Shown here piece after piece: positions 9,041-17,754 of a stretch of DNA of 64,000 bases (the stretch's first letter is position 1; every line of letters starts with the position of its first letter). Source of the stretch: an uncultured Bacteroidales bacterium (lineage in GTDB: Bacteria > Bacteroidota > Bacteroidia > Bacteroidales > B18-G4). Location: assembly GCA_963753055.1 (NCBI GenBank), contig CAVWAP010000004.1:832479-896478 (forward strand). The letters run 5' to 3'. The notes beneath the pieces are model-generated. The model was given only the letters and a program-made list of their open reading frames with translations, was not told the DNA's origin and did not search any database. The position numbers and the translations under genes are program-made.

Positions 9041-9307
9041 TTAATGGTTATAATCAACTTTTCTTTTTAACTCCATGATCTCCTCGATCATAGGTTTTTG
9101 TGGAACTGAAGAGAATATAATCTCAACGGGTAGTTCCAGTACCTCACTAATCCTGAAAGCAAGATCCAGGCTGGGATTGTACTCCTCCCTTTCAAGGTAA
9201 CCTACAGTTTGAAAATTGACACCAATTTTATCTGCAAGCTCCTTGCGCGACAAACCCTTCTCCTGCCTTAATATGGATATCCTATTGTATATTTTTCTAG
9301 ACTTCAT
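9041..9307 (-). CDS. XRE-family helix-turn-helix transcriptional regulator
   Basis: MKSRKIYNRISILRQEKGLSRKELADKIGVNFQTVGYLEREEYNPSLDLAFRISEVL is a classic HTH_3 pattern. The ATG at 9307 is preferred over 9325 because a TATATTTG box (complement of 9312-9319) lies between them. Confidence 0.8.
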   Translation of the reverse strand: MKSRKIYNRISILRQEKGLSRKELADKIGVNFQTVGYLEREEYNPSLDLAFRISEVLELPVEIIFSSVPQKPMIEEIMELKRKVDYNH

Positions 9308-9401
9308 GCTGCAAATATAATACATATATTGTAAATATACAACAAAAATATTTAAATTTTTTTTAATCTTCGTTATGAAGCCTTAGGATTTTTTTTAGGT
9401 T

Positions 9402-9626
9402 TTACTTAACTTCTACCTGGTTTTTAAATGCCCGGATAAGTCTGTTTTGTCTTCTATTGTGAAAGTACCGGTCAATTGAAAATAAAGGAAGGAATATTAT
9501 GCAAAATAATGCTAATCCAATGTAAAGCATCAGGTAGTTTTGTGGAAGTCCTACATATGGTCCAAAAAACCAAAGGGAAAGTGAAATTAATCCTAGGATC
9601 CCTGCAGTGTAAATTAGTATTCTCAT
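9402..9626 (-). CDS. small 2-TM membrane protein, hypothetical
   Basis: 74 aa, two hydrophobic helices, basic C-terminus. Confidence 0.4.
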   Translation of the reverse strand: MRILIYTAGILGLISLSLWFFGPYVGLPQNYLMLYIGLALFCIIFLPLFSIDRYFHNRRQNRLIRAFKNQVEVK

Positions 9627-9801
9627 TTTAGTAATTTATAAGTTCAAGTTTAATCACCTCAAAAGGAGAGGGGAAAGAAGTGATCCAAAGCTTTGGGTTA
9701 AAATAAGCTGCCCCACTCTCAGGCCACAAATATAATAACTACAGTGGCTTTGTCAAGAAGCTATGGCTTAATTTTTTAAAAATAAGTATAATTACTATCA
9801 T

Positions 9802-11877
9802 TTATCTCGATTTCATCAGCCAGATGAAGTCGATCTTTACCTTTCCCTGGTTTCCCTCTGCTGGTATGATAGAGATCTTATTTAATCCGCTGTCCAGTTG
9901 CATAGGCTGGGAGCGATAGTTACGGGACAATTTCCTGTAAGGATCCTGGAGGTTCACTATATCATTTCCCTTGAGATTGAGAAAAGTATCACCTGCTTTT
10001 ACCTTGAAGGAACCGCCTTCAGCGTCGAGTCCAAAAGTGAAAATAATGGTATAATTTCCGGCCTCCTCAATGGGTAAATACATCGTAAGCGTCTCTTTGC
10101 CAGTTGTCGGCTTCCAGGCCATAATGCTTCCACCGGACCATAGTCTGTCATGCTCCAGTTTTATGTGTTGCTGGTTCTCAAGTAGCAGTTCTGCCTGGAA
10201 AAATTTTGCATTATGTGATCCCTTTTTCCCTTCAGGATACCAACGATCCGGCAGTTCAATGTGTCTCAGGTCTTCACCTGTGATTCCTAAGTGATCATCG
10301 TACATCCCGGGCAGGGCGTAAAGGTACACCGTGCGCCCATAGGAGAAATCAGTTACTGGTTCATGGCTCATTAGTTCCATGTAAAAAGCAAACCCTGATT
10401 GAAACGGGATATTGTCAAGTATATGCCATCGGTAATTTGTGACGAACCCCCTGTTTCCTGGCCCATCATTCCTGGGCTGTCCGCAATAGGCATGATAGAA
10501 GATATCACTGGATGACCATGCGTAATTGTAATAATCTTCCGATCCGGTTCCAAAGAATGCAGGGAAATCTGCCTGATCAATGTAGATCTTTTCATCTCCT
10601 TCGCCCCACCAGTTACCCCATGAAGAAGGAACTGATGTGGGGTTGTATAAGAAAGCAACGGCACCTACACAAACTCCTTTACCTGAACTAATTAAATATG
10701 GTATATCCTGTGATGGACGATAGGAAGCCAGCAGTCCGTGATCTATTCTCCATCGTGCCCTGAAGTGCATACTGCTGCCTTTCTTCCATGTATAAGGTTC
10801 TGTATAAACCTCGGTATAAACGTGTGCAGGCTCCTGGCCCGTATTTTTTATGGAGATAATTACAGAATCCTGATAAGGCATATAGTACCTACAGATCATA
10901 CTTCCGTCAGGAAGCACAGAGAATGGAAGCGAGTGATAGGGATTAACTCCGGGGGCAGCACCAAAGAAATCACCTATTGGTGATTCAACTTGAGCGGACG
11001 GAGCCCCATCAAAACTTATCCTAATTATATTTTGCCGCAAAGCCCTTGTTAAATCTTCTGACATGATTTTTATCTTCAGCTGTGTAATAGCCTGTTCTCC
11101 CTTTAGCACAACAAATTCCTTGTCTTGTCCTGCCTGTATCGATTGTGAGAATATCTTCTTATCGCCCTGAGGTGATAAATGTTCCTGGGGATCCAGCAGT
11201 GTGTTGCTCACCTGCTCAATATGACTTTTGTATTCTTTCAAATCGCTGACCTGGAAACTGCTTACCTGTGCCTCGGGATTATACATTCTGACTTGCACAT
11301 GGTAAAAATGGAGGTCCTCTATTTTCCCAATCCAAATCATTTTTAGATTTTTCTCAAAGGGTATGGGATAATAGCCAGCCATGTTTTGCCTGAAAGCCCC
11401 ATCCCGGTTGAATTGATCTTTGCTTCCAGCCATAGCATCATAGGCATCCAGGAAAAAATCCTGGGCAGGACCATCATAAAGAGCTGTTTCACTATTATCA
11501 AGGTATACTTCCAGGTCACCTATAATCCATGCTGTCCATAATCTGACAACAGCACCCGGGCCCTCCACATCACAAATTAAATATCTGCCGATGCCATCTG
11601 CCCCGGGTTCTTCAAGAACTTTCTCAAAACCCGGAATGGACTCTCCACCGAAGCCATCGGAATTGGCAAACCAGCCCTCCTGGTCAGGGGTGATGCTGTG
11701 ACGGTCATATGAAGAAAATTGTAGGGTTTCAAATGATGGGGATGGAAATTCTGCAAGCTTTTTCAGATTGATCATCTCTTCAAGCAAGGTTCCTGTAGTA
11801 ACCTGGGCATGACTGCCAATGAAGATGCAAACCAGGAGGATCGTTAAGGATAACCTGGCTAATGTTAATATTTTCAT
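9802..11877 (-). CDS. DUF2961 / glycoside hydrolase family 172-like secreted protein
   Basis: The ATG at 11877 gives the signal MKILTLARLSLTILLVCIFIGSHAQ (the track start 11970 would overlap the upstream gene). Motif NWWGEGDEKIYIDQ...FFGTGSEDYYNYAWS is typical of DUF2961. Confidence 0.7.
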   Translation of the reverse strand: MKILTLARLSLTILLVCIFIGSHAQVTTGTLLEEMINLKKLAEFPSPSFETLQFSSYDRHSITPDQEGWFANSDGFGGESIPGFEKVLEEPGADGIGRYLICDVEGPGAVVRLWTAWIIGDLEVYLDNSETALYDGPAQDFFLDAYDAMAGSKDQFNRDGAFRQNMAGYYPIPFEKNLKMIWIGKIEDLHFYHVQVRMYNPEAQVSSFQVSDLKEYKSHIEQVSNTLLDPQEHLSPQGDKKIFSQSIQAGQDKEFVVLKGEQAITQLKIKIMSEDLTRALRQNIIRISFDGAPSAQVESPIGDFFGAAPGVNPYHSLPFSVLPDGSMICRYYMPYQDSVIISIKNTGQEPAHVYTEVYTEPYTWKKGSSMHFRARWRIDHGLLASYRPSQDIPYLISSGKGVCVGAVAFLYNPTSVPSSWGNWWGEGDEKIYIDQADFPAFFGTGSEDYYNYAWSSSDIFYHAYCGQPRNDGPGNRGFVTNYRWHILDNIPFQSGFAFYMELMSHEPVTDFSYGRTVYLYALPGMYDDHLGITGEDLRHIELPDRWYPEGKKGSHNAKFFQAELLLENQQHIKLEHDRLWSGGSIMAWKPTTGKETLTMYLPIEEAGNYTIIFTFGLDAEGGSFKVKAGDTFLNLKGNDIVNLQDPYRKLSRNYRSQPMQLDSGLNKISIIPAEGNQGKVKIDFIWLMKSR

Positions 11878-11905
11878 GGTGGTATATTGTTGGTATGAAA
11901 TTGTT

Positions 11906-12940
11906 CTATATTTCCGGGACTTCACCAGTGAGAGCAGCCAGAAAAGCAAACATGGCATCAATTTCTTCATCTGATAACTCTTTGTTTAACTGTGTTTTTG
12001 CCATGATCGCAATGGTTTCCTTTAAATCAGCAATACTGCCATCATGCAGGTAAGGATGAGTTTTTTCAACATTCCTCAGGGTTGGTACTTTAAATTTAAA
12101 TTTATCAGATTTATTTTCAGTAACGACATACCTGCCTTCATCAACTTTTTCACTATGCGTGTATTCCCAATAATCCCCGTACAATCCAAATTTCTGGTAC
12201 ATGTTTCCTCCCAGCAAGCTCCCCATATGACATGCAATACATCCTATATCGATAAATGCCTGTAGTCCTTCTTTTTCATGAACGGTCAACGCTGATTCAT
12301 CTCCGGCAAGGTAAAGATCAAACCTGGAGGGTGTGATCAAAATACGTTCAAAAGCCCCTATCGCTTTCTTGAGGTTTTCATATGTGATAGGGTTCTCATC
12401 TTCAGGAAAAGCCTTTGAAAAGAGCACAACATATTCATCAACGCCGGATAATCTTTCCACTACAGCTTCTTCGCTCGGCATTGCCATCTCTGCCGGGTTT
12501 AATATCGGGCCTCCTGCCTGTGCTTCAACATCGGGTTCCCTGCCATCCCAGAACTGTGTCATATGTAATGCTGCATTTAAAGTGGTAGGAGAGTTCCTGT
12601 CACCTTCACCACCATCATTCCCATCTGATAATGGTTCATTATCCACACCGTAGGTTTCAAGGTTGTGACAATCGTTGCAGCTTTGTGTGAAATCCTTTGA
12701 TAGCCGTACGTCGAAATATAACTTTTTACCCAATTCAATTTTCTCAGGTGTGAGCGGGTTATTAGGGCTTTCAGCAACCTCTGGTAACTGTCCGAAGAGG
12801 CTGGCTGCTTTTTGCTGAAGCCCGGCAAATTGTTCGGATGCCGTATCCTTTTCAGAATTTGCACTTTCTTTCTGACCTTCATTAAAACCACAACTGGCTA
12901 ATAATGAGAGGATAACTCCTATAATGAATAGTTTTTTCAT
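11906..12940 (-). CDS. di-haem cytochrome c peroxidase (CCP/MauG family), lipoprotein
   Basis: The ATG at 12940 gives MKKLFIIGVILSLLASC. Two CxxCH haem sites (CNDCH, CIACH). C-terminal PYLHDGS motif. Confidence 0.85.
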   Translation of the reverse strand: MKKLFIIGVILSLLASCGFNEGQKESANSEKDTASEQFAGLQQKAASLFGQLPEVAESPNNPLTPEKIELGKKLYFDVRLSKDFTQSCNDCHNLETYGVDNEPLSDGNDGGEGDRNSPTTLNAALHMTQFWDGREPDVEAQAGGPILNPAEMAMPSEEAVVERLSGVDEYVVLFSKAFPEDENPITYENLKKAIGAFERILITPSRFDLYLAGDESALTVHEKEGLQAFIDIGCIACHMGSLLGGNMYQKFGLYGDYWEYTHSEKVDEGRYVVTENKSDKFKFKVPTLRNVEKTHPYLHDGSIADLKETIAIMAKTQLNKELSDEEIDAMFAFLAALTGEVPEI

Positions 12941-13229
12941 AATTATTTGGTTTCTGGATTTGACCTTGAAAAAGAAGTGATTAATATACAAAAAATATAT
13001 ATACGACCTGGAACAGGCTCAAATATTCTTATCGTCAAATTCCGATATAACCGAAATAATCATAAGAATCCATTAATAACCGAGGCTAACCTTATGAAAA
13101 GGCTTGCTGGATAATGGATAGAAGGAAATAAAATAAGTGGGATGGCATCCCATCTATTTAACCCCCCTCAAACGCTTGCCAGTCCATCGGAAGCGGGCAT
13201 TTTATGCTATGTAAAATTTAATTATTCTT

Positions 13230-13715
13230 TTAATGCTCGTGTGTATGAAAATAGGACTTTGCAAACTCATCAACCGTAGCCTTCATCTTGGCTATATATT
13301 CCAGATCCGTGGTCTGCTTGCTCTTCATTGCGTAAACCAACAGGTGATGAAGTAATTCCAGCTCTTTCTGGTATTTGGTATAAGCTTCTTTGTCGGAAGA
13401 GTCGGTGATCTTCAGGCGCTGATGAAGGAAGTACTGGCTTGCAATATCCTGGATCTTCTCTGCATGTTCTTCTTTGTTCATGGTCCACCTGACCAACTGA
13501 TTATAATCCGGAGTACTTTCAGCGGATAACTCATTGATCTTGTTCATCGACTTTTCAATGGTTGTAATATGTTCCTTTATAAGGGCAATCCTCAGTGAAT
13601 CTCCATATATCCCACATGGAATTTCACAATGAGCGTAAGTCTTTTGATTGATCATGAAGAACAACCCGGCAAAAAGCAAAATGCCCATCAGGTTTCTTTG
13701 TATTGAACTTTTCAT
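13230..13715 (-). CDS. sodN: nickel superoxide dismutase precursor
   Basis: 161 aa. Ni-hook HCEIPCGIYGD (compare the Streptomyces HCDLPCGVYDP) directly after a Sec-like leader MKSSIQRNLMGILLFAGLFFMINQKTYA. His-rich C-terminus FHTHEH. Confidence 0.85.
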   Translation of the reverse strand: MKSSIQRNLMGILLFAGLFFMINQKTYAHCEIPCGIYGDSLRIALIKEHITTIEKSMNKINELSAESTPDYNQLVRWTMNKEEHAEKIQDIASQYFLHQRLKITDSSDKEAYTKYQKELELLHHLLVYAMKSKQTTDLEYIAKMKATVDEFAKSYFHTHEH

Positions 13716-13868
13716 AATAATTTATATTTTAAAACTGTTTAGTTTAATAAATGATATTGCAGGGCATTTTGTTCATTCCAGATGAAGATAATAATCATAA
13801 AAAGCACTCGCCTTGTTTACAATAGTTTACTATTTTAGCTTTTCTTTATAATATAATACCGTACTTCT

Positions 13869-15179
13869 ATGCAGGAACCAACAATCCAAGCGCCTGGCAT
13901 TAAACGATTTATCAATGAGGAAACCATTGGTGGCCTGATCCTGATTGCTTCAGTAATTGTTGCAATGATCTGGGCAAATTCGGGGTTTTATGACCTGTAC
14001 CATTATATCTGGAATGATATAAAAGTTGGCTTTGTACTTGGTAAGATCAACATGGTTTCTTCCATTCACCATTGGATCAATGATGGCCTGATGGCCCTGT
14101 TCTTTTTTACCATCGGACTGGAAATCAAACGGGAAATTATGGCTGGTGAACTTTCATCCATCAAGAAAGCATCATTGCCAATTGCTGCCGCAGTAGGAGG
14201 GATGATCATTCCTGCGGTATTGTATACCATTGTTGCTGCAAGTAACCCTGAATACCTTCATGGTTGGGGGATACCAATGGCTACGGATATAGCTTTTGCA
14301 CTGGGGCTACTGGCGATGCTTGGGAAAAAAGTTAATGTTAATCTTAAGATATTCCTGATGGCCCTGGCAATCGCTGATGACCTTGGCGCTGTGATGGTTA
14401 TCGCGATCTTCTATACTGAGAGCATTGATTATTTTGAACTATTAACAGGTGGTTCATTTATACTGGTTTTATTGGTGGCCAATTTTCTGGGGGTAAGAAG
14501 AACCCTGTTTTATGCACTAATTGGCTTTCTCGGGGTATGGGCAGCCTTTGTTTATTCTGGTGTCCATGCTACCATAGCCGGTGTACTAATCGCGCTGACT
14601 ATTCCGGCAAGGACCAGGATCAGCAAAAATGAATATATTGAGAAATTGAATAGACTTAGCTCAGATCTGGCAAATGAAAAGCCTCCACAAGGCAGGTTGC
14701 TGACCCATAACCAGGTTGAAAAACTGGCTGAGATTGAGGATATAAGCTATAAAGCACATACTCCCCTGCAGCAGCTTGAGCATTCACTACACCCGATTAC
14801 GACATACTTCATCCTCCCCATCTTTGCGCTCAGCAATGCAGGTATCAGGATAGAAGGAAGGATTGTGGATATGATTCTGCACCCTGTTTCCCTGGGAATC
14901 ATTGTTGGTCTGGTGCTTGGTAAATCCATCGGTATATCCCTGATATCGAAACTAATGATCCGGTTAAAATTAGCAAGCTTACCGGAGGGTGTGAGCTTCA
15001 AGCAGATAATCGGAGTGGGTTTTATGGCCGGTATTGGCTTCACCATGTCCATATTCATCGCAGAATTGGCCTTTGGACCAGGAGAATACAATCAAATAGC
15101 CAAAGTTGGGATCTTTGTGGCCTCAATTCTTTCGGCTGTGATTGGGATGTTGATACTATCCAGCGTGAAACCGAAATAA
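13869..15179 (+). CDS. nhaA: Na+/H+ antiporter NhaA
   Basis: 436 aa polytopic protein. Conserved WINDGLMALFFF and LAIADDLGAV segments characteristic of NhaA. Confidence 0.9.
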   Translation: MQEPTIQAPGIKRFINEETIGGLILIASVIVAMIWANSGFYDLYHYIWNDIKVGFVLGKINMVSSIHHWINDGLMALFFFTIGLEIKREIMAGELSSIKKASLPIAAAVGGMIIPAVLYTIVAASNPEYLHGWGIPMATDIAFALGLLAMLGKKVNVNLKIFLMALAIADDLGAVMVIAIFYTESIDYFELLTGGSFILVLLVANFLGVRRTLFYALIGFLGVWAAFVYSGVHATIAGVLIALTIPARTRISKNEYIEKLNRLSSDLANEKPPQGRLLTHNQVEKLAEIEDISYKAHTPLQQLEHSLHPITTYFILPIFALSNAGIRIEGRIVDMILHPVSLGIIVGLVLGKSIGISLISKLMIRLKLASLPEGVSFKQIIGVGFMAGIGFTMSIFIAELAFGPGEYNQIAKVGIFVASILSAVIGMLILSSVKPK

Positions 15180-15256
15180 GTGAGCACTGAAGACTGACCA
15201 CTGATCAGAAATCAGATATCAGATATCAGATATCAGATATCATAAATCAGATATCA
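15180..15256. repeat. 11-unit heptanucleotide array filling the stop-to-stop gap
   Basis: GTGAGCA CTGAAGA CTGACCA CTGATCA GAAATCA GATATCA x4 TAAATCA GATATCA. Starts at the base after the nhaA TAA (15177-15179). The last unit contains the TCA (15254-15256) that is the TGA stop of the convergent gene. Confidence 0.9.
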
Positions 15257-15889
15257 CTTAAGCCCCACCAACACCTTCCTCTTCGTCATGTCATTGACGA
15301 TCCTTTCAGCATACTCTTTGGTAGTTATGTCGAAGTTGGCGAGAGGAGTGGTTTTTGATTGTGCAGCCCATATCATCTGGCCTTCAGGGTAAGAATATAA
15401 AGCGCATTCCAGGTAGTAGATACTTGAAGTTGAAACATGGACCGGAACAGATGCATAACCAGCCATTTGTCCGTAGTAATCATTGAATGGTACATTGTAC
15501 ATAGGTACCCAGCCGGCACCGACAGACACTGTGGAATTTACTTGAGTACCTGTAGACAGAACCGAGATAATCATCACAGCATCAAACTTTTCAACATCCA
15601 GGAACCTAAAGAATACATCCCGGGAGATGTTATCCTTGGTCGCGTTTGGTGGAAGAAAATCAAGAGCCCCAATAGCATTTATTCCTTTGGAATCCAAATT
15701 CTCCTCCAGGGCAAGCTCCATAATTTTTCGGTTCTCAGCACGCTTACCTACTCCAACTACACACATTTTCTTGAATTGAACAGGTGTAACGGCTACATTC
15801 GACCAGGAATCAGTGATCTTGGTCCCGCCCGAACAGCCCGCAAGTATTAATGCAGCTAGGATTGAGATGAAAGTGATGCGTTTAATCAT
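15254..15889 (-). CDS. hypothetical lipoprotein
   Basis: 211 aa. Lipoprotein signal MIKRITFISILAALILAGC. Confidence 0.5.
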   Translation of the reverse strand: MIKRITFISILAALILAGCSGGTKITDSWSNVAVTPVQFKKMCVVGVGKRAENRKIMELALEENLDSKGINAIGALDFLPPNATKDNISRDVFFRFLDVEKFDAVMIISVLSTGTQVNSTVSVGAGWVPMYNVPFNDYYGQMAGYASVPVHVSTSSIYYLECALYSYPEGQMIWAAQSKTTPLANFDITTKEYAERIVNDMTKRKVLVGLK

Positions 15890-15930
15890 ATGGAATGGGT
15901 TTTATAGGTTGAATAGCAAAGATAATATAA

Positions 15931-15959
15931 GTGAACAGTGAACAGTGAACAGTGAACAG
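15931..15959. repeat. (GTGAACA)x4 heptad repeat in a divergent 5' region
   Basis: GTGAACAGTGAACAGTGAACAGTGAACAG read directly from the sequence. Confidence 0.9.
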
Positions 15960-15980
15960 AAATTTTATAATTTTAGAAAC

Positions 15981-16496
15981 ATGAATAGTGATATAGAAAA
16001 TCTTCTTAATGACTCTTCACGGGTGGTGATGGATCAGAATGCGGCATTAGCATGCAAGAATCCGGCGATGATCAGGGATTTACTCGACCTGGCTTACCTG
16101 GAGAAAGAAAAGTTTTCTCCAAGGGCTGCCAGGGTGGTCTATTTTGTTGCCCGGACCGATCCTTCCTTGCTTGATCCATACGTGAATGAGATCATACAAT
16201 CACTTCCACAAATAAACAACACGAGCATAAAATCCAATTTCACGAATTTATTAACATTTATTGATCTGGAAAAGCACCAGGAGTATCTTGGAACTGTTGT
16301 AGACCAATGCTTTAAATGGCTCAGTAGTCCTGCAGATACAGCTGCTACCAAGGTTTATTGCATGGAAATACTTCTCCAGGTTACCAGATTTATCCCTGAG
16401 CTGAAAGATGAACTGATTTCTACTGTCGAAGATCAGATGACAAAAGGTACATCCGGGGTCAAAGTAAGGTGCTGGGAGATACTCAATAAGCTGTAA
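15981..16496 (+). CDS. hypothetical all-alpha (HEAT/ARM-like) protein
   Basis: The ATG at 15981 is preferred; the track start 15945 is a GTG inside the heptad repeat. No catalytic motif recognised. Confidence 0.45.
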   Translation: MNSDIENLLNDSSRVVMDQNAALACKNPAMIRDLLDLAYLEKEKFSPRAARVVYFVARTDPSLLDPYVNEIIQSLPQINNTSIKSNFTNLLTFIDLEKHQEYLGTVVDQCFKWLSSPADTAATKVYCMEILLQVTRFIPELKDELISTVEDQMTKGTSGVKVRCWEILNKL

Positions 16497-16700
16497 GACT
16501 TTGTAAAACAGTGATATAAAAGAAAGTTTGAAATATTTTCAATTATACCGGAACAAAATGGAAGAAATGCGGTATAAATAGTTGCTTTCTTATTCCTGAA
16601 TTCTATTCTTTTTTGCGTTCCACAATTAGTCTAAGCATTATTTTTTAGTAGTTGAAATTAGTTAATGTTTTATCGTTTACTTGAAATTCGATAAGTTACT

Positions 16701-17123
16701 ATGATTGCTAATTTGACTGTTATTTTGTTTTTAGGTGTAATTGGAATTTGGAAGTCTATACCAGTCGGTTTTATTCTCGATATGCATCCTATTCTTGTTT
16801 GTACCATGACTATCCTGGGAGCATCCCTGGGTGTACTCACAATCTATCTAATTGGCAGCAAGGTAAAACAACGGATATTTCTTTCTCTTCAAGGGAAAAC
16901 AACAAATAAGAAACAACAAAAAATCAATAAAATATTTAATCGTTATGGTGTACCCGGCCTGGGTATGCTGGCAACCTTGTTAGTAGGACCAGCATTAACT
17001 ATGGTACTGGGACTGACCATTGTAAAAAACGGAAAGACTTTACTACTTTGGACGAATATCGGGATCGTGGTTTGGAGCGTCTTACTTACTCTAATTGGAC
17101 AAGTTGGTGTTAACATTATGTAA
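16701..17123 (+). CDS. small 4-TM membrane protein (possibly small multidrug-export-like family), paralog A
   Basis: 140 aa; IGIWKSIPVGF...YGVPGLGMLATLLVGPALTMVLG. Clearly similar along its length to the ORF at 17303-17725. Confidence 0.5.
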   Translation: MIANLTVILFLGVIGIWKSIPVGFILDMHPILVCTMTILGASLGVLTIYLIGSKVKQRIFLSLQGKTTNKKQQKINKIFNRYGVPGLGMLATLLVGPALTMVLGLTIVKNGKTLLLWTNIGIVVWSVLLTLIGQVGVNIM

Positions 17124-17198
17124 CTAGGTCTGCTTTATTTCTAACTAATACTACTAAACCTGATTCCGGTAAACTACATTTACTAACTAATCACTAAT

Positions 17199-17235
17199 AA
17201 CCAGGGCATGATGAAAATAGGCCCTGGTTTTTTTT
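17199..17235 (+). terminator. Rho-independent terminator
   Basis: AACCAGGGC (17199-17207) / 13-nt loop / GCCCTGGTT (17221-17229), running into a T8 tract (17228-17235). Preceded by the heptads TACTAAC TAATCAC TAATAAC. Confidence 0.7.
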
Positions 17236-17276
17236 ATTTGCGTGAAGCGTAAGGAGGAAAGCGTAAAGCGATTTAC

Positions 17277-17284
17277 TATATTTG
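17277..17284 (+). promoter_or_regulatory. Bacteroidota-type -7 box TATATTTG
   Basis: Matches TAnnTTTG, 19 nt upstream of ATG 17303. No clear -33 TTTG at the canonical spacing. Confidence 0.4.
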
Positions 17285-17302
17285 CGGAAAGTGAATATAG
17301 AT

Positions 17303-17725
17303 ATGATTGGTGAGCTTGCATTAGTATTTTCCATTGGCATTCTTGGTATCTGGAAATCTATCCCTGTTGGTCTGGCTATGGGGATGGCTCCACTTTGGAT
17401 ATCCCTGATGACAATTCTCGGGGCTACTGCTGGCATAATTATCATCTATTTCATTGGGAATAAAATCAAGAAGTACCTGAGAAAGATGATGAAGGAATCC
17501 AGCATAGAAAAGAAGGAGAATCGTCTTATCAACCTTTTTAACAAATATGGGGTGCATGGCCTGGGGATCATCGGCACTTTTTTTCTTGGTCCAAATATGA
17601 CAATGGCTCTCGGTATTGCGCTTGTTAACAAACCAAGAACTCTTTTTATCTGGACCTTTATTGGTATTGTTGTTTGGACGTTTGCCTTAACCTATCTGGG
17701 TCATTTCGGAATAAGCATCTTTTAA
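17303..17725 (+). CDS. small 4-TM membrane protein, paralog B
   Basis: The ATG at 17303 is preferred (the track TTG at 17282 lies inside the -7 box). LGIWKSIPVGL...YGVHGLGIIGTFFLGPNMTMALG parallels paralog A. Confidence 0.5.
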   Translation: MIGELALVFSIGILGIWKSIPVGLAMGMAPLWISLMTILGATAGIIIIYFIGNKIKKYLRKMMKESSIEKKENRLINLFNKYGVHGLGIIGTFFLGPNMTMALGIALVNKPRTLFIWTFIGIVVWTFALTYLGHFGISIF

Positions 17726-17754
17726 ATGTGAGAGAGAAATGAATAACATGTAAC

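Noticed and set aside
13138-13152. TGGGA-TGGCA-TCCCA hairpin as a sodN terminator
   Set aside because: The stem is only 5 bp, so the energetics are weak. That is not enough to call a terminator.
15180-15256. Heptad arrays considered as a possible CRISPR or mini-CRISPR
   Set aside because: The units are 7 nt with no spacers, no 24-48-nt repeat/spacer periodicity and no cas genes in the window. They are simple tandem repeats.
15945-15980. GTG start at 15945 for the HEAT-like ORF. Also the TTG/long starts at 3852, 11970, 12991, 17282, 21054 and 35942
   Set aside because: These upstream starts lie in repeats or promoter boxes, or overlap the preceding gene. Downstream ATGs give canonical signal peptides or N-termini, so the shorter models were used.
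16497-16700. 204-nt leader upstream of the small membrane-protein genes considered as a riboswitch (fluoride or guanidine classes)
   Set aside because: I could not recognise any of the conserved cores of those riboswitch classes by eye. Only a short ATACCG/CGGTAT hairpin is present. It would need a covariance-model scan to revisit.
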